Shown here piece after piece: positions 17,608 to 27,729 of a DNA stretch of 64,000 nt. Position 1 is the stretch's first letter. Each line of letters starts with the position of its first letter. A program made the translations under genes and the position numbers. The stretch is taken from NCBI GenBank assembly GCA_021803085.1, contig JAJZMD010000017.1, forward strand, positions 11,393-75,392. Direction: 5' to 3'. This DNA comes from Actinomycetes bacterium (GTDB taxonomy: Bacteria; Actinomycetota; Acidimicrobiia; Acidimicrobiales; RAAP-2). The notes beneath the pieces are model-generated. The model saw nothing but the letters and a program-made list of their open reading frames with translations. It did not search any database and had not been told where the DNA came from.

Positions 17608-17625
17608 CGTCGCTCCTTCTGGCGA

Positions 17626-18627
17626 TTACTCGAACCGGGGCAGGATCTTCTCGGCGTAGACCTCGAGGCCGCGGAACGTCTCTTCGATGTCGTCGATCGG
17701 CACAAACGAGACGGTGAGCTCCTCGACACCTGACTGGCGATAGGCGTCGAGGCGCTGGTACACCTGCTCGAGCGACCCCGCGACCACCGGGCCGTCCTGC
17801 AGGAGCTGGTCCTCTGGGATCGTGGACCAGTCCTCGCGCCGTCGGAGCACCTCCGCCACGCGACGGGTCGACTTGTCGTCCCCGGGCACTGCGGAGTACA
17901 CCATCAACCCCGCCCCGATCCATCCGGTGCGCCCGTGCTCCTGAGCTTGTGCGCGAATCTCCTCGATGCCGGATCGGTAGGCGCTCGCGCCGAGGGCGCC
18001 GTGCTGAGGCGCCGCTGGTGCCCACCCGTCACCGATCCGGGCGACCGCACCTCGGATGCGGTCCGACGAGCCGCCCAGCCAGATGCCGGGCCAGCGCACC
18101 GGCTTGGGCCAGAACTCCACGTGCTCCAGCCGGTAATAGGTGCCCGAGTGCTCGACCGGGCCCTCTTCGGTCCAGAGCCGGCGGATGACGTCGAGACCCT
18201 CCAGCATCCGATCGAACCGCTCGACGAAGGGAGGGAACTCCAGCCCGAAATTGGCGTACTCCGAACGCTGGTGCCCCGCACCTGCCTGCAGCACGAAACG
18301 GCCGCCCGAGAGCTGATCGAGGGTCGCGCCCCAGCGGGCGACGTCGACCGGCCGGCGGAGACCGATCGGCGTCACCTGCGGGCCGAACCGCACTCGGGAC
18401 GTCGCGGTCGCGATGGCTGCGAGCAGCATGTACGCGTCCGGAAAGCTTGGCCGCGCCAGATCGTCGGTCGTGTACCCGGCCATCCGCTCTCTCGGCAGCC
18501 ATTGGTGGTCGATGCAGTACACCGAGTGGAACCCCACCTCCTCCGCTCGCTGCGCGAGCCGGACGAAGTCACGCAGATCACGGTGCTGAGGCTGCCCATG
18601 GGCATTGATCTTGAAGGAGAACTTCAT
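17626..18627 (-). CDS. LLM-class flavin/F420-dependent oxidoreductase
   Basis: 333 aa from the internal ATG (MKFSFKINAHG..). GFHSVYCIDHQW, GIWLGGSS. Confidence 0.8.
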   Translation of the reverse strand: MKFSFKINAHGQPQHRDLRDFVRLAQRAEEVGFHSVYCIDHQWLPRERMAGYTTDDLARPSFPDAYMLLAAIATATSRVRFGPQVTPIGLRRPVDVARWGATLDQLSGGRFVLQAGAGHQRSEYANFGLEFPPFVERFDRMLEGLDVIRRLWTEEGPVEHSGTYYRLEHVEFWPKPVRWPGIWLGGSSDRIRGAVARIGDGWAPAAPQHGALGASAYRSGIEEIRAQAQEHGRTGWIGAGLMVYSAVPGDDKSTRRVAEVLRRREDWSTIPEDQLLQDGPVVAGSLEQVYQRLDAYRQSGVEELTVSFVPIDDIEETFRGLEVYAEKILPRFE

Positions 18628-18643
18628 CTGCTCGTGGCGCCTT

Positions 18644-19597
18644 TCAGGGTTGCGGAGCCGCGTTGGGAGGCTCCTCGTCGACGACGGGGTTGCGCAGCGT
18701 GTCAAGACCCGTGACGGAGACCGACAGCTCGTCGCCGGCCTTGAGAAACCACTTGGGTGTTCTCGCGTTGCCGATGCCGGCCGGAGTCCCGGTGGCGATG
18801 ACATCTCCAGGGTTGAGCTGCGTCCACTCCGAGATGTACGCGATCAGCCGGCGAACTGGAAAGATCATTGTCGCCGTGCTCGCCTTCTGCACCACAGTGT
18901 CGTTTACCCGCGTCTCCAGATCGAGGCTCTGAGGATCTGCGATCTCGTCCGTCGTGACGAGGTAGGGGCCGTACGACCCCGAGTGCACGAAGTTCTTCCC
19001 AGCCGTCCACTGCACGGCCCGGTGCTGGTAGTCGCGGACCGAACCGTCGTTGAAGATCGCGTATCCAGCTACGACATCGAGCGCGCGAGGTTCGTCCACG
19101 TAGCGGCACGAACGACCGATGATCACCGCCAATTCACCCTCCCAGTCGAGCTGGACGGACTTGATCGGCCGCTCGATGGGCTCGCGGTGGGCGACCTGGC
19201 TGTCCTCGTAGCGGCAGAACAGCACGGGGTCTCCCGGGACCTCCCTCTTGCTCTCTTGGATGTGCTCCATGTAGTTGCGCCCCACGCACAGGATCTTCTG
19301 AGAGCCGGGCGTCGGCACCGCGAACTCGACCGCGTCCATGGAGAGCAGCAGCGTCTGGGGCGTCACTCCACTGGCACGGGTGACGGCATCTGCCAACGCG
19401 GCCAGCCGCTCGCCACCCGACGAGAGCAGGTCGACCATCTTCGTCGGCGATGGCAGCGGTGGGACGAGCAGCTCTGCGAACTCGTCGTCGCCGCGGGCGA
19501 CGGTCGCCCGCTCGAGGGCGTCGACGTCGAGACCTCCGTCACGCACCTTCACGCCGGCCCGCACCACTCCGTCCCGTCGATATGAGAACAGTTTCAA
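18644..19597 (-). CDS. fumarylacetoacetate hydrolase (FAH) family protein
   Basis: 317 aa. DWEGELAVIIG, GDVIATGTPAGIG. Confidence 0.8.
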   Translation of the reverse strand: MKLFSYRRDGVVRAGVKVRDGGLDVDALERATVARGDDEFAELLVPPLPSPTKMVDLLSSGGERLAALADAVTRASGVTPQTLLLSMDAVEFAVPTPGSQKILCVGRNYMEHIQESKREVPGDPVLFCRYEDSQVAHREPIERPIKSVQLDWEGELAVIIGRSCRYVDEPRALDVVAGYAIFNDGSVRDYQHRAVQWTAGKNFVHSGSYGPYLVTTDEIADPQSLDLETRVNDTVVQKASTATMIFPVRRLIAYISEWTQLNPGDVIATGTPAGIGNARTPKWFLKAGDELSVSVTGLDTLRNPVVDEEPPNAAPQP

Positions 19598-19670
19598 TGC
19601 ATCTCCATCTCTCGTTCGGCTCCTTCTGGTCTCCCGCCGGGCCCTCGCAATCGGACCTCGATGGCAGTGG

Positions 19671-20519
19671 TCAAGGCGTCTGCGGACGGGCCGCGCCCGC
19701 CGTCTCGGAGGTCGCCCGCTTCGCCCTGTCTGCCAGGAAGGTCCGCACAGCGCCCTGATGCTCCCGGCTCGTGTAGCAGATGGCTTGAGCGGCCGCGCCC
19801 GAGTCGAAGGTGGCTTGCAAGCTCCGCTCGAACGTCTCGTTGAGCGCCACCTTGGCCAGGGCGACGGCGACCGGCGACCGGCCGACGAACTGCTGGGCCC
19901 ACTCCCTGACCTCGTCCAGCATCGGTGTGGCGGTCGTCACCCGGTCGGCCAATCCGAGCGCGACGGCCTCCTCGGCGTCGACCTCGCGCCCGGAGAAGAC
20001 GAGCTCCTTGGCCTTCGCGAGCCCGACGCGCCGTGGCAGGAAGTGGGCGCCGCCGCCGTCTGGGAAGAGCCCGCGGCGGATGTAGCTCATGGCAAACCTC
20101 GCGTTCGGCCCGGCGACGACGAAGTCGCAGCAGAGAGCAAGGTCGCAACCCAGTCCCATCGCCGGCCCGTTGACTGCGGCGATCGTGACCTTGTCCAAGG
20201 CGTGGAGCTGCGACAGCGTCTCGTGGAGCGCATGCTGACGGCGCCACCCTTCCTCGGCGATCGTTCCCGGGTCCGCCTCAGCCCGCTCGCCCATCGCCCT
20301 GACGTCTCCCCCCGCACAGAACGAAGAGCCAGCACCGGTGAGGAGCACGACCGAGATGTCCCGGTGCGCTCGCACCTCTTCGAGCCGCGCCCGAAGACCC
20401 GCCTGCAGCTGGGAGTTGATCGCATTTCGCACCTTGGGCCGGTTCAGGGTGAGGGTGACGATCCCGCCTTCGCGTCGGTACTCGACGCTTGTCTCCGTGT
20501 CGTTCGACGGCATGGTCAT
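19671..20519 (-). CDS. enoyl-CoA hydratase/isomerase (crotonase) family
   Basis: 282 aa from ATG comp(20517..20519), ATGA-overlapping the upstream stop. LNRPKVRNAI..VVLLTGAGSSFCAGGDV. Confidence 0.8.
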   Translation of the reverse strand: MTMPSNDTETSVEYRREGGIVTLTLNRPKVRNAINSQLQAGLRARLEEVRAHRDISVVLLTGAGSSFCAGGDVRAMGERAEADPGTIAEEGWRRQHALHETLSQLHALDKVTIAAVNGPAMGLGCDLALCCDFVVAGPNARFAMSYIRRGLFPDGGGAHFLPRRVGLAKAKELVFSGREVDAEEAVALGLADRVTTATPMLDEVREWAQQFVGRSPVAVALAKVALNETFERSLQATFDSGAAAQAICYTSREHQGAVRTFLADRAKRATSETAGAARPQTP

Positions 20520-21085
20520 CGCCTCCATTCCTCCCGATCGCCTGCCGCACCGCCTCCGCGCTGCGCGATCCCCTCGGGCTCGGTCTGTCCGTGCGCGGGA
20601 GACAGGCCGGCGATCGGAGCGTGCTCCTTCTTCGAGACCATCACGGCGCGCCGGAAGCGCGTCACCAGGACCCCGTCTTGGTTGCAGCCACGCGTCTCGA
20701 TCTCGACGACGCCCTGGCCCGACCGGCTCTTCGACTCCCGCTTGTCCAGCACCTCCGACTCGGAGCACGAGGTGTCCCCTGCGAAGACGGGGTGTGGAAG
20801 CTCGATGCTCCCCCACCCGAGGGCGAAGCCGTTCTCGCTCACATCTGCGGTGCTCAGGCCCGTCCCCGCCACATGCGTCAGGAGCGAGTTGACCAGGCAC
20901 CGGCCCCACTCGGTACGACGCGCACAGTCGTCGTTGAAGTGGAGCTGGTTCGAGTTGCTGGTGAGCAGGCTGAACGAGATGTTGTCGAACTGGGTGATCG
21001 TGCGGCCGTACCGGCAGCGGTACACGTCCCCCGCCGCGAAGTCCTCGTAGAACCTCCCGCTCCAGCCGGGTCTAATCCGGGTCAT
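20516..21085 (-). CDS. MaoC-family (hot-dog) dehydratase, itaconyl-/mesaconyl-CoA hydratase-like
   Basis: 189 aa. FYEDFAAGDVY..RTITQFDNISFSLLTSNSNQLHFN. Confidence 0.7.
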   Translation of the reverse strand: MTRIRPGWSGRFYEDFAAGDVYRCRYGRTITQFDNISFSLLTSNSNQLHFNDDCARRTEWGRCLVNSLLTHVAGTGLSTADVSENGFALGWGSIELPHPVFAGDTSCSESEVLDKRESKSRSGQGVVEIETRGCNQDGVLVTRFRRAVMVSKKEHAPIAGLSPAHGQTEPEGIAQRGGGAAGDREEWRR

Positions 21086-21107
21086 GCGGGGTTCCTTCTC
21101 GCGCCTT

Positions 21108-21137
21108 TCCCGAGCGCGCCCCTCCCGAGCGCGCCCC
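21108..21137. repeat. perfect 15-bp tandem repeat x2 (TCCCGAGCGCGCCCC)
   Basis: Intergenic, between the ACAD stop and the MaoC start. Confidence 0.9.
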
Positions 21138-21159
21138 TGGTGGTGGAGCGCATCGCATC

Positions 21160-22320
21160 TCAGTACGAGCGCGGGAGGCCAAGCACCCGCTGCCCGACAT
21201 ATGCCAAGACCAGGTTGTTGTTCACCGGAGCGATCTCGAACAACTTCGTCTCGCGGTACTTGCGTTCGACGTCGTACTCCACCGACAGCCCGTTCCCCCC
21301 GAAGGTCTGCAGCGCGGCCTGGCCGGCCTGCGAAGCGGCCTGAGAGGCGAGCAGCTTGGCGAGGTTCGCGTCGTCCCCGCAGGGCTCGCCGGCGTCGAAG
21401 TGCGCAGCAGCCCGATACCTCACCAGCGACGCCGCCTCGGTGGCCGCGTAGGCTTGGGCCAGCGGGAACTGCACGCCCTGATTGGCGCCGATCGGTCTCC
21501 CGAAGACCGTCCGGTCACAGGCGTACGCCGACGCATGGTCGACGAAGAACCGTGCGTCGCCGATCGCCTCGGAGGCGATGAGCGTTCGCTCGGCGTTCCA
21601 GCCGTCGAGCACGTGACGGAAGCCCCGACCCTCTTCACCGACCACGTTCTCCGCAGGGACGACGAGGTCGGTGAGGAAGACCTGGTAGGTGTGGAGGTTG
21701 AACATCATCGGGATCCGGCGGGCTTCGATCGAGCTTCCCGCCTCGTTGAGATCGACCAGGAAGAGGGACAGTCCGTCGGTCGTGTGCTCGATTCTGTCGA
21801 GCGGCGTCGTCCTCGCGAGGAGGAGCATGAGATCGGACTGCTCCACCCGGGAGATGAACACCTTCTGGCCGTTGATCACGTACTGATCACCATGCCGGAC
21901 GGCAGTGGTGGAGATCTTGGTGCTGTCGGAGCCAGCGTCGGGCTCCGTCACGCCGAACGCCTGGAGCCTCAGCCGACCCGCTGCGATCTCCGGGAGGATG
22001 CGGCGCTTCTGCGCTTCGCTGCCGTGGCGGAGCAGGGCGCCCATGGTGTACATCTGCGCGTGGCAGGCGCTTGCGTTCCCACCTGAACGATGGATCTCCT
22101 CGAGCACGATCGCGGCCTCGGTGATGCCCAGGCCGCCGCCGCCGTACTCGACCGGGATCAGGATGGAGAGCCAGCCGAGGTCGGTGAGGACCCCCACGAA
22201 CTCGGTCGGGTACTCCTTCGTCTTCTCGAGCTCCCGCCAGTACTCGCCGGGGAACCGGGCGCATACGTCGCGCACGGCGTCGCGGATCGTCAACTGGTCG
22301 TCGCTCAAGGAGAAGTCCAT
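21160..22320 (-). CDS. acyl-CoA dehydrogenase
   Basis: 386 aa. FGVTEPDAGSD, QTFGGNGLSVEYDVERKYRE. Confidence 0.85.
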   Translation of the reverse strand: MDFSLSDDQLTIRDAVRDVCARFPGEYWRELEKTKEYPTEFVGVLTDLGWLSILIPVEYGGGGLGITEAAIVLEEIHRSGGNASACHAQMYTMGALLRHGSEAQKRRILPEIAAGRLRLQAFGVTEPDAGSDSTKISTTAVRHGDQYVINGQKVFISRVEQSDLMLLLARTTPLDRIEHTTDGLSLFLVDLNEAGSSIEARRIPMMFNLHTYQVFLTDLVVPAENVVGEEGRGFRHVLDGWNAERTLIASEAIGDARFFVDHASAYACDRTVFGRPIGANQGVQFPLAQAYAATEAASLVRYRAAAHFDAGEPCGDDANLAKLLASQAASQAGQAALQTFGGNGLSVEYDVERKYRETKLFEIAPVNNNLVLAYVGQRVLGLPRSY

Positions 22321-22323
22321 GGC

Positions 22324-23538
22324 TCAGCGTCCTCCCCCGGCGGACCGTGCACTCGGCACCGAGACCACGCCGTCTGCCTTCAGTGCGCCGATGTCCTGAT
22401 CGCTGAGCCCGAGCTCGGCGAGCACCGCCTCGGTGTGCTGGCCGACAGCCGGCACCGGCCCCATGACCGGCTCGGCTCCCACCGGGATCCCGGGAGGAAC
22501 CAGTGCTGTCACGACGCCGCGGGGGGTCTCGACCTTGCGCCAGCGGTTCCTCCCGCTCAGAACCGGATGGCGGAGGAACTGCTCCACCAAGTTGACTTCC
22601 GCCGTCGCGATCCCCGCATCCGCCAAGAGGTCCTCTACCTCCGAACCCGACAGAGCGCGAAGCCGGTCTTCGATGAGCTTCCGCAGAGCTTCCCGGTTGT
22701 GCGACCGGGCCGGGTTGTCGGCGAAGCGCTCGTCGGTAACGAGCTGCTCGTCGGTCAGCACGTTCTTGCAGAAGGACTCCCACTCGCGGTCGTTCTGGAT
22801 GGCGATGACGACCGTCTTGCCGTCGGAGGTGACGAAGGGGCCGTAGGGAGCGATGGTCGCGTGATCGGCCCCAGTCCGCTGTGGTTGTGCACCTGAGTAC
22901 ATCGTGTAGTACATCTGCGCCCCGATCCACTCGGAGAGCGCCTCGAACATCGACAGGTCGATGAGCGAGCCTCTTCCGGTGACGGCCCGCTGGTAGAGGG
23001 AAGCCAGGATGGCGCTGAACGCGTACATGCCTGCGGCGATGTCGGCGATCGACACGCCCACCTTCGCCACCGACTGCTCGGTTCCGGTGAGCGAGAGCAA
23101 CCCCACCTCGGATTGGACCAGGAGGTCGTACGCCTTGCGGTCCGCCCACGGGCCGTCGCTCCCGTAGCCCGAGAGCGAGCAGACGATGAGCGAGGGGTGG
23201 TCGTGCGCGAGGGAGGAGTTGTCGAAGCCGAGCCGCTTGCACGCCCCGGGGGCGAGGTTCTGGAGGAACACGTCTGACCCGGCGACCAGCCTCGACACGA
23301 TCTGGCGGCCGCGGGCGTCCTTCAGGTCGAGCGCGACGGACTCCTTGGACCGGTTCAGCCAGACGAAGTAGCTCGACTCGCCCAGCACCGTGCGGTCGTA
23401 CCCGCGGGCGAAATCTCCCGCTCCGGTCCGCTCGATCTTGATGACCCTGGCGCCGAGATCCGCCAGCTGCCGGGTCGCGAACGGCCCTGCCACTGCCTGT
23501 TCGAGGCTGACGACCGTGATGCCGTCGAGGGGCAGCAC
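22324..23538 (-). CDS. CaiB/BaiF family (class III) CoA-transferase
   Basis: 404 aa. GITVVSLEQAVAGPFATRQLADLGARVIKIE, SLSGYG. Confidence 0.85.
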   Translation of the reverse strand: MLPLDGITVVSLEQAVAGPFATRQLADLGARVIKIERTGAGDFARGYDRTVLGESSYFVWLNRSKESVALDLKDARGRQIVSRLVAGSDVFLQNLAPGACKRLGFDNSSLAHDHPSLIVCSLSGYGSDGPWADRKAYDLLVQSEVGLLSLTGTEQSVAKVGVSIADIAAGMYAFSAILASLYQRAVTGRGSLIDLSMFEALSEWIGAQMYYTMYSGAQPQRTGADHATIAPYGPFVTSDGKTVVIAIQNDREWESFCKNVLTDEQLVTDERFADNPARSHNREALRKLIEDRLRALSGSEVEDLLADAGIATAEVNLVEQFLRHPVLSGRNRWRKVETPRGVVTALVPPGIPVGAEPVMGPVPAVGQHTEAVLAELGLSDQDIGALKADGVVSVPSARSAGGGR

Positions 23539-23545
23539 GGAGCGC

Positions 23546-24790
23546 CTACCGGGCCACGCCGGACGAAGCCGTCTCGGAGGTGGAGCGGACCTCCGGTGTC
23601 AGCTCCCGCCGGAGAATTGCCGGCGCCGTCCGCCACGTCACGCCGGACAGGAGATCTGGGACGTCGGCGCCGCAGGCCGACAGCTTCCCGGCCATCTCCG
23701 CGGTCGTGGCCGGGCGCCCGGGAGCCCCCGGGGGGAGGTCCAACCGCGCGCGCCGGGTCCGCCCGCCGCGCTCGACAAGCTCGACTTCGAGCCCCGGCGC
23801 CAGCAATGTCGAGCCACCCGGCGCCGGCTGCAGGTGCACGCGCTCGATCAGGCGCGCCACCTCGGGGCGGCGAACCGCGGCGTCGGTGAAGCTCCCGAGG
23901 TCCGGGGAGCGGTCGAGCACGGTAGCCGCGACGGCGTACTCGAGGCTGAACTTGGCCTCGAGCCCAGACGACGGCCGGTGATGGATCAGCGGCTGCACCG
24001 TGGCGCTCGGCGTACGGAATACCACCCGCTCGACGTCGTCCGGCGACAGCGCGTCCACGAGGAGCGCCTGGACCGCGGCGATCGGCCGCTGCATGGCGTA
24101 GCAGCAGGGGAAGAGCTTGACCGCGAGCCCGCCCGGAACGGCACCACCCCCCGGGTCGAAGTCTCTCAACACGCCGTCGCCGACCAGTCCCATCCACTGC
24201 TCGAGGACCCGTGGGTCGGCCGACGCCCCCGCGGCTGCGAGCCGCGCCGCGCGCACCCCGGCGGCCGCGGCGAAGCCGACCTGCAGGGACTTCCCGTCGG
24301 TCCCGAAACTGCCCTGGACCCCACCCGCAGCCGGGACCGCCAGCGCCATCGCCCGGGCGGTGGCCCGGGGACCGAGCCCCAGTGCCACCGACGCCGCGAC
24401 GGCCGCGCCGAGAGCGCCGGTGGTGCACGTCGCGTGCCACCCGCGCGCGTAGTGGCCCCAACCGAGCTGGATGCCCAGCCGGGACATGACGCCCGCTCCG
24501 GCGAGGTAGGCGCGAGCGTCGCCGCCGGCGGCGAGCGTGGCAGCCGTGCACACCACGCTGACATGCGACGTCGACTCCACGTGCAGGTCGTCGAAGTCCA
24601 GGACGTGCCCGATGGCGGCCCATCGGCACGTCGCTGTCAGCGCATCGGCGACGCGACGTAGCGGGTGGTGGCGGGCAGCCAGGGTCACCGCGAGCGTGTC
24701 GACCAACGACCGGGATGCGAGGTCGACGTCCTCGTCGCTCGGTACGAGCCCGGTTGCCCATGTCGCGATGTCGGATGCGAGCGGGGTCAT
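23546..24790 (-). CDS. MmgE/PrpD family protein
   Basis: 414 aa from the internal ATG (MTPLASDIA..). LDFDD, GWHATCTTGALGAA, FSLEYAVA. Confidence 0.8.
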   Translation of the reverse strand: MTPLASDIATWATGLVPSDEDVDLASRSLVDTLAVTLAARHHPLRRVADALTATCRWAAIGHVLDFDDLHVESTSHVSVVCTAATLAAGGDARAYLAGAGVMSRLGIQLGWGHYARGWHATCTTGALGAAVAASVALGLGPRATARAMALAVPAAGGVQGSFGTDGKSLQVGFAAAAGVRAARLAAAGASADPRVLEQWMGLVGDGVLRDFDPGGGAVPGGLAVKLFPCCYAMQRPIAAVQALLVDALSPDDVERVVFRTPSATVQPLIHHRPSSGLEAKFSLEYAVAATVLDRSPDLGSFTDAAVRRPEVARLIERVHLQPAPGGSTLLAPGLEVELVERGGRTRRARLDLPPGAPGRPATTAEMAGKLSACGADVPDLLSGVTWRTAPAILRRELTPEVRSTSETASSGVAR

Positions 24791-24797
24791 CGGCCTG

Positions 24798-25781
24798 TCA
24801 CCCCAGCAGCCCCGGACGGTGCGCAGATCCGTTCTCCCCCTGGCTGGAGGGGCGCGACCGGAATGCAGCCTCGACCTGCTGCACCGCGCCGAGGACGGTC
24901 CTGTCGATCCCGTCATTGCTGTAGGACGCGTTGTGAGAGGAGAGGACCACGTTCTCCATCGACCGGAACCGGTCGTCTTGGAGTGGCTCGAGAGGGAAGA
25001 CGTCCAGCGCTGCACCCGCGATCCGGCGCTCGACCAGAGCGTCGTAGAGGGCGTCGAGGTCGACGAGGCCGCCCCGTGCGGTGTTCACGACGACAGCGGT
25101 CGGCTTCATGCGAGAGATGGCATCCCGACCGATGAGACCCCGCGTCTCGTCGGTGAGCGGAAGGTGCAAGGAGAGGAAGTCCGAGCGCTCGACGATCTGG
25201 TCGATGCTCGAGAGCTCCAAGCCGACCTGGCGCGCCCACTCCTTGTCGACGACGACATCGTTGCCGATGAGCGTCGGCGAGAACCCCTTCAGGCGTTCGC
25301 ACACCCCGCGTCCGACGTTCCCGAGGCCGAGCACGCCCACCGTCGCACCGAAGAGGTCGACCCCGAGGAAGCGGGACCACTCTCCGCGCCGCACCGCACG
25401 GTCCACTTCACATACTCGCCGGGCTGCGGCGAGCATCAAGCCCACGGCGTAATCGGCTACCGCACCGGCGTTCGCTCCGGGCACCGAGCCAACCGCAACC
25501 CCGGCATCTCGGGCCGCAAGGAGGTCGATGTTGTCGACGCCCGCGCCGGCCTTCACCACGATCTTCAAGTGGTCGGCACGGGCCAAGATCGAAGCATCGA
25601 TGCGCTCCGTCCCGACAATCGCCGCATCGGCGTCGGAAAGGAGCTGGCCGAGCTCGGGCGCAGGCGCGCCGGCCACCGGGACGGCACGGACCACCGTTGC
25701 CCCCATTGCCTCCAAGGCCTTCCAGCCCACCGCCGTCTCCGAGAACGACCTGGCCGTGACCACCACCTTCCACGCGCTCAT
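24798..25781 (-). CDS. D-isomer-specific 2-hydroxyacid dehydrogenase (PGDH-like)
   Basis: 327 aa from the internal ATG (MSAWKVVV..). VGVLGLGNVGRGV, LSLHLPLTDETRGLI, VVNTARGGLVD. Confidence 0.8.
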   Translation of the reverse strand: MSAWKVVVTARSFSETAVGWKALEAMGATVVRAVPVAGAPAPELGQLLSDADAAIVGTERIDASILARADHLKIVVKAGAGVDNIDLLAARDAGVAVGSVPGANAGAVADYAVGLMLAAARRVCEVDRAVRRGEWSRFLGVDLFGATVGVLGLGNVGRGVCERLKGFSPTLIGNDVVVDKEWARQVGLELSSIDQIVERSDFLSLHLPLTDETRGLIGRDAISRMKPTAVVVNTARGGLVDLDALYDALVERRIAGAALDVFPLEPLQDDRFRSMENVVLSSHNASYSNDGIDRTVLGAVQQVEAAFRSRPSSQGENGSAHRPGLLG

Positions 25782-25854
25782 CTGGCCCCCTCGAGCTCTC
25801 GGGCCCCGTGCATCCGGCACCGGGGAGCCGGAACGTGTCGTGCGGCGCCAACGG

Positions 25855-26808
25855 TCATCGGATCAGGGTGCGGAGCGTGCCGAGCTGCGGGGAGGCCACC
25901 TCGACCACGTCACCCGCGCGCAGCCATCTCGACGGGCGCAAGGCGGCGCCGATCCCGCCCGGGGTTCCGGTCACGATGGCATCGCCTGGCTCCAGCGTGA
26001 CCACCTGGGAGACGTACGACACCAGGTGAGGGATGTCGAAGATCATGTCACTCGCCCGGCCGCTCTGGCGGTGCTCGCCGTTCACCGAGGTCGTGAACTC
26101 GAGGTCGTCATACGGACCAGCCTCGTCCGCGGTCACCAGAGCCGGGCCCATCGGGCAGAAGCCGTCGAACGCCTTTCCGATCATCATCTGGGTCGTCCTG
26201 CGCTGCCAGTCCCTCGCAGAGACGTCGTTGGCCAAGCAGTACCCGGCGATGAACGACAGTGCGTCCTCACGCTCCACGCTCCGGCAGCGCTCCCCGATCA
26301 CAACGAGGATCTCACCCTCGTAGTCGATCCGGTGAGTCACAGAGGGAATCTGCACCGTCGCACCGTCGCCGCGAAGGGTGGAGGTCGGCTTCATGAACAA
26401 GATGGGGAACTCCGGTGGTTTCGCCTCGGCCTCGGCGGCGTGCGTGGCGTAGTTGAGGGCGATGGCGAAGACCTTGCAGTCTTCGGCGACCGGAGCGCGG
26501 AGCAGCACACGCTCGCGCTCGACCAGGAGGTAGTGGTGGTACGCCCAGTCCTCCCCGTGAGCAGCCGCGAGCTCGTCGGCGAGCCGGAGCGCGGACTGGA
26601 GAGCCGCCGTACGTTCAGCCGGACGCAGGCTCAGCGCGCGATCGAGCGACGACGGCATTGCCTGTTCGGCGGCCCGGAGCACCCTGTCCGACACTGCGTC
26701 GGGAACCGCCAGGCTGAGCTGGATGGCGCGGTTCACGTCCACGATCTGCTCGGCCCGCTCCACCCCCAACCTCGATGCCCCCGCTCGTTGAAACGATACA
26801 AGTCGCAT
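25855..26808 (-). CDS. FAH family protein (second paralog)
   Basis: 317 aa from the internal ATG (MRLVSFQ..). DYEGEILVVIG, GDAIVTGTPGGIG. Confidence 0.8.
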   Translation of the reverse strand: MRLVSFQRAGASRLGVERAEQIVDVNRAIQLSLAVPDAVSDRVLRAAEQAMPSSLDRALSLRPAERTAALQSALRLADELAAAHGEDWAYHHYLLVERERVLLRAPVAEDCKVFAIALNYATHAAEAEAKPPEFPILFMKPTSTLRGDGATVQIPSVTHRIDYEGEILVVIGERCRSVEREDALSFIAGYCLANDVSARDWQRRTTQMMIGKAFDGFCPMGPALVTADEAGPYDDLEFTTSVNGEHRQSGRASDMIFDIPHLVSYVSQVVTLEPGDAIVTGTPGGIGAALRPSRWLRAGDVVEVASPQLGTLRTLIR

Positions 26809-26898
26809 GTCGCCTTCTCGCTCTTCTCCCATTGATCGACGCACCCAAAGGTGCTCTCCAGCGACGCGCGGCTCCCCCAGCGAAGGCGCGCGTCCCGC

Positions 26899-27684
26899 CT
26901 AGCCGCCCGCGGTCTTCGAGCGGACGATGGACTCATGGACCGCCGAGAGCCCTTCGAGCGCAGAGCCGAAGGGGACGGCGCGCAGCATCGCCTCCTTGAG
27001 GGGCTGCATGATCGCCCGACGCGTATAGCGAAGGACGAGCTCGTCGTGCTCCAAGAAGTCGTCGGCGAGCTCCTTCGCCCTTGCCAGGAGCCTCTCTGCG
27101 GGCATGACCTCAGCGACCAACCCGAGGCGCAGCGCCTCTTGTGCGTCGATCTCCTGGCCCGTCAACAGGTAGTACCGCCCGCGGTTGAAGCCGAGCAGCA
27201 ACGGCATGAGCACCTGGAGCCCGTCACCGGGGACCGTGTCGTTGACGAAGTGCGCCGAGTCCTGGAAGGTCGCATTCTCTGCAGCCAGCACGACGTCGGC
27301 GAGCAACGGGATCTCGGCATGGCGCCACGCAGGGCCGTTGACGCACGAGATGACCGGTACGTCGATGGCGAGCAGGTTCCACGCCAGCTGGAAGGCGTGG
27401 GATTGGATCACTTCCCATTCCTTCACCGTCGAGCGAGGGAAGGTGGCCGCCGACGCCCGGGGGCCGCAGAACCGGTCACCGGTCCCGGTGATGATGACGA
27501 CGCGGTTCTCCGTGTCGTGCGCAACGAGCCCGAACGCCTCGGCAAGCTGCTCGTGCGCACCCCCGGTATGTCCCCACTCGAGAGGGCCGCCATTGGTGTG
27601 GAGCTGCGCGACCAGCACGCCACGTCCGTCGCGTTCGAAGCGCACGACCTCGTAGCGATCGCGGTAGCCCGTAAGACCGATCAT
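26899..27684 (-). CDS. crotonase-superfamily protein (divergent enoyl-CoA hydratase/isomerase)
   Basis: 261 aa. VVIITGTGDRFCG, LLTGQEIDAQEALRLGLVAEV. Confidence 0.7.
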   Translation of the reverse strand: MIGLTGYRDRYEVVRFERDGRGVLVAQLHTNGGPLEWGHTGGAHEQLAEAFGLVAHDTENRVVIITGTGDRFCGPRASAATFPRSTVKEWEVIQSHAFQLAWNLLAIDVPVISCVNGPAWRHAEIPLLADVVLAAENATFQDSAHFVNDTVPGDGLQVLMPLLLGFNRGRYYLLTGQEIDAQEALRLGLVAEVMPAERLLARAKELADDFLEHDELVLRYTRRAIMQPLKEAMLRAVPFGSALEGLSAVHESIVRSKTAGG

Positions 27685-27729
27685 CGGTCAGCCGTTTCCT
27701 TTCCTGCGGGGGCCCCTCGCACGGGCCCG

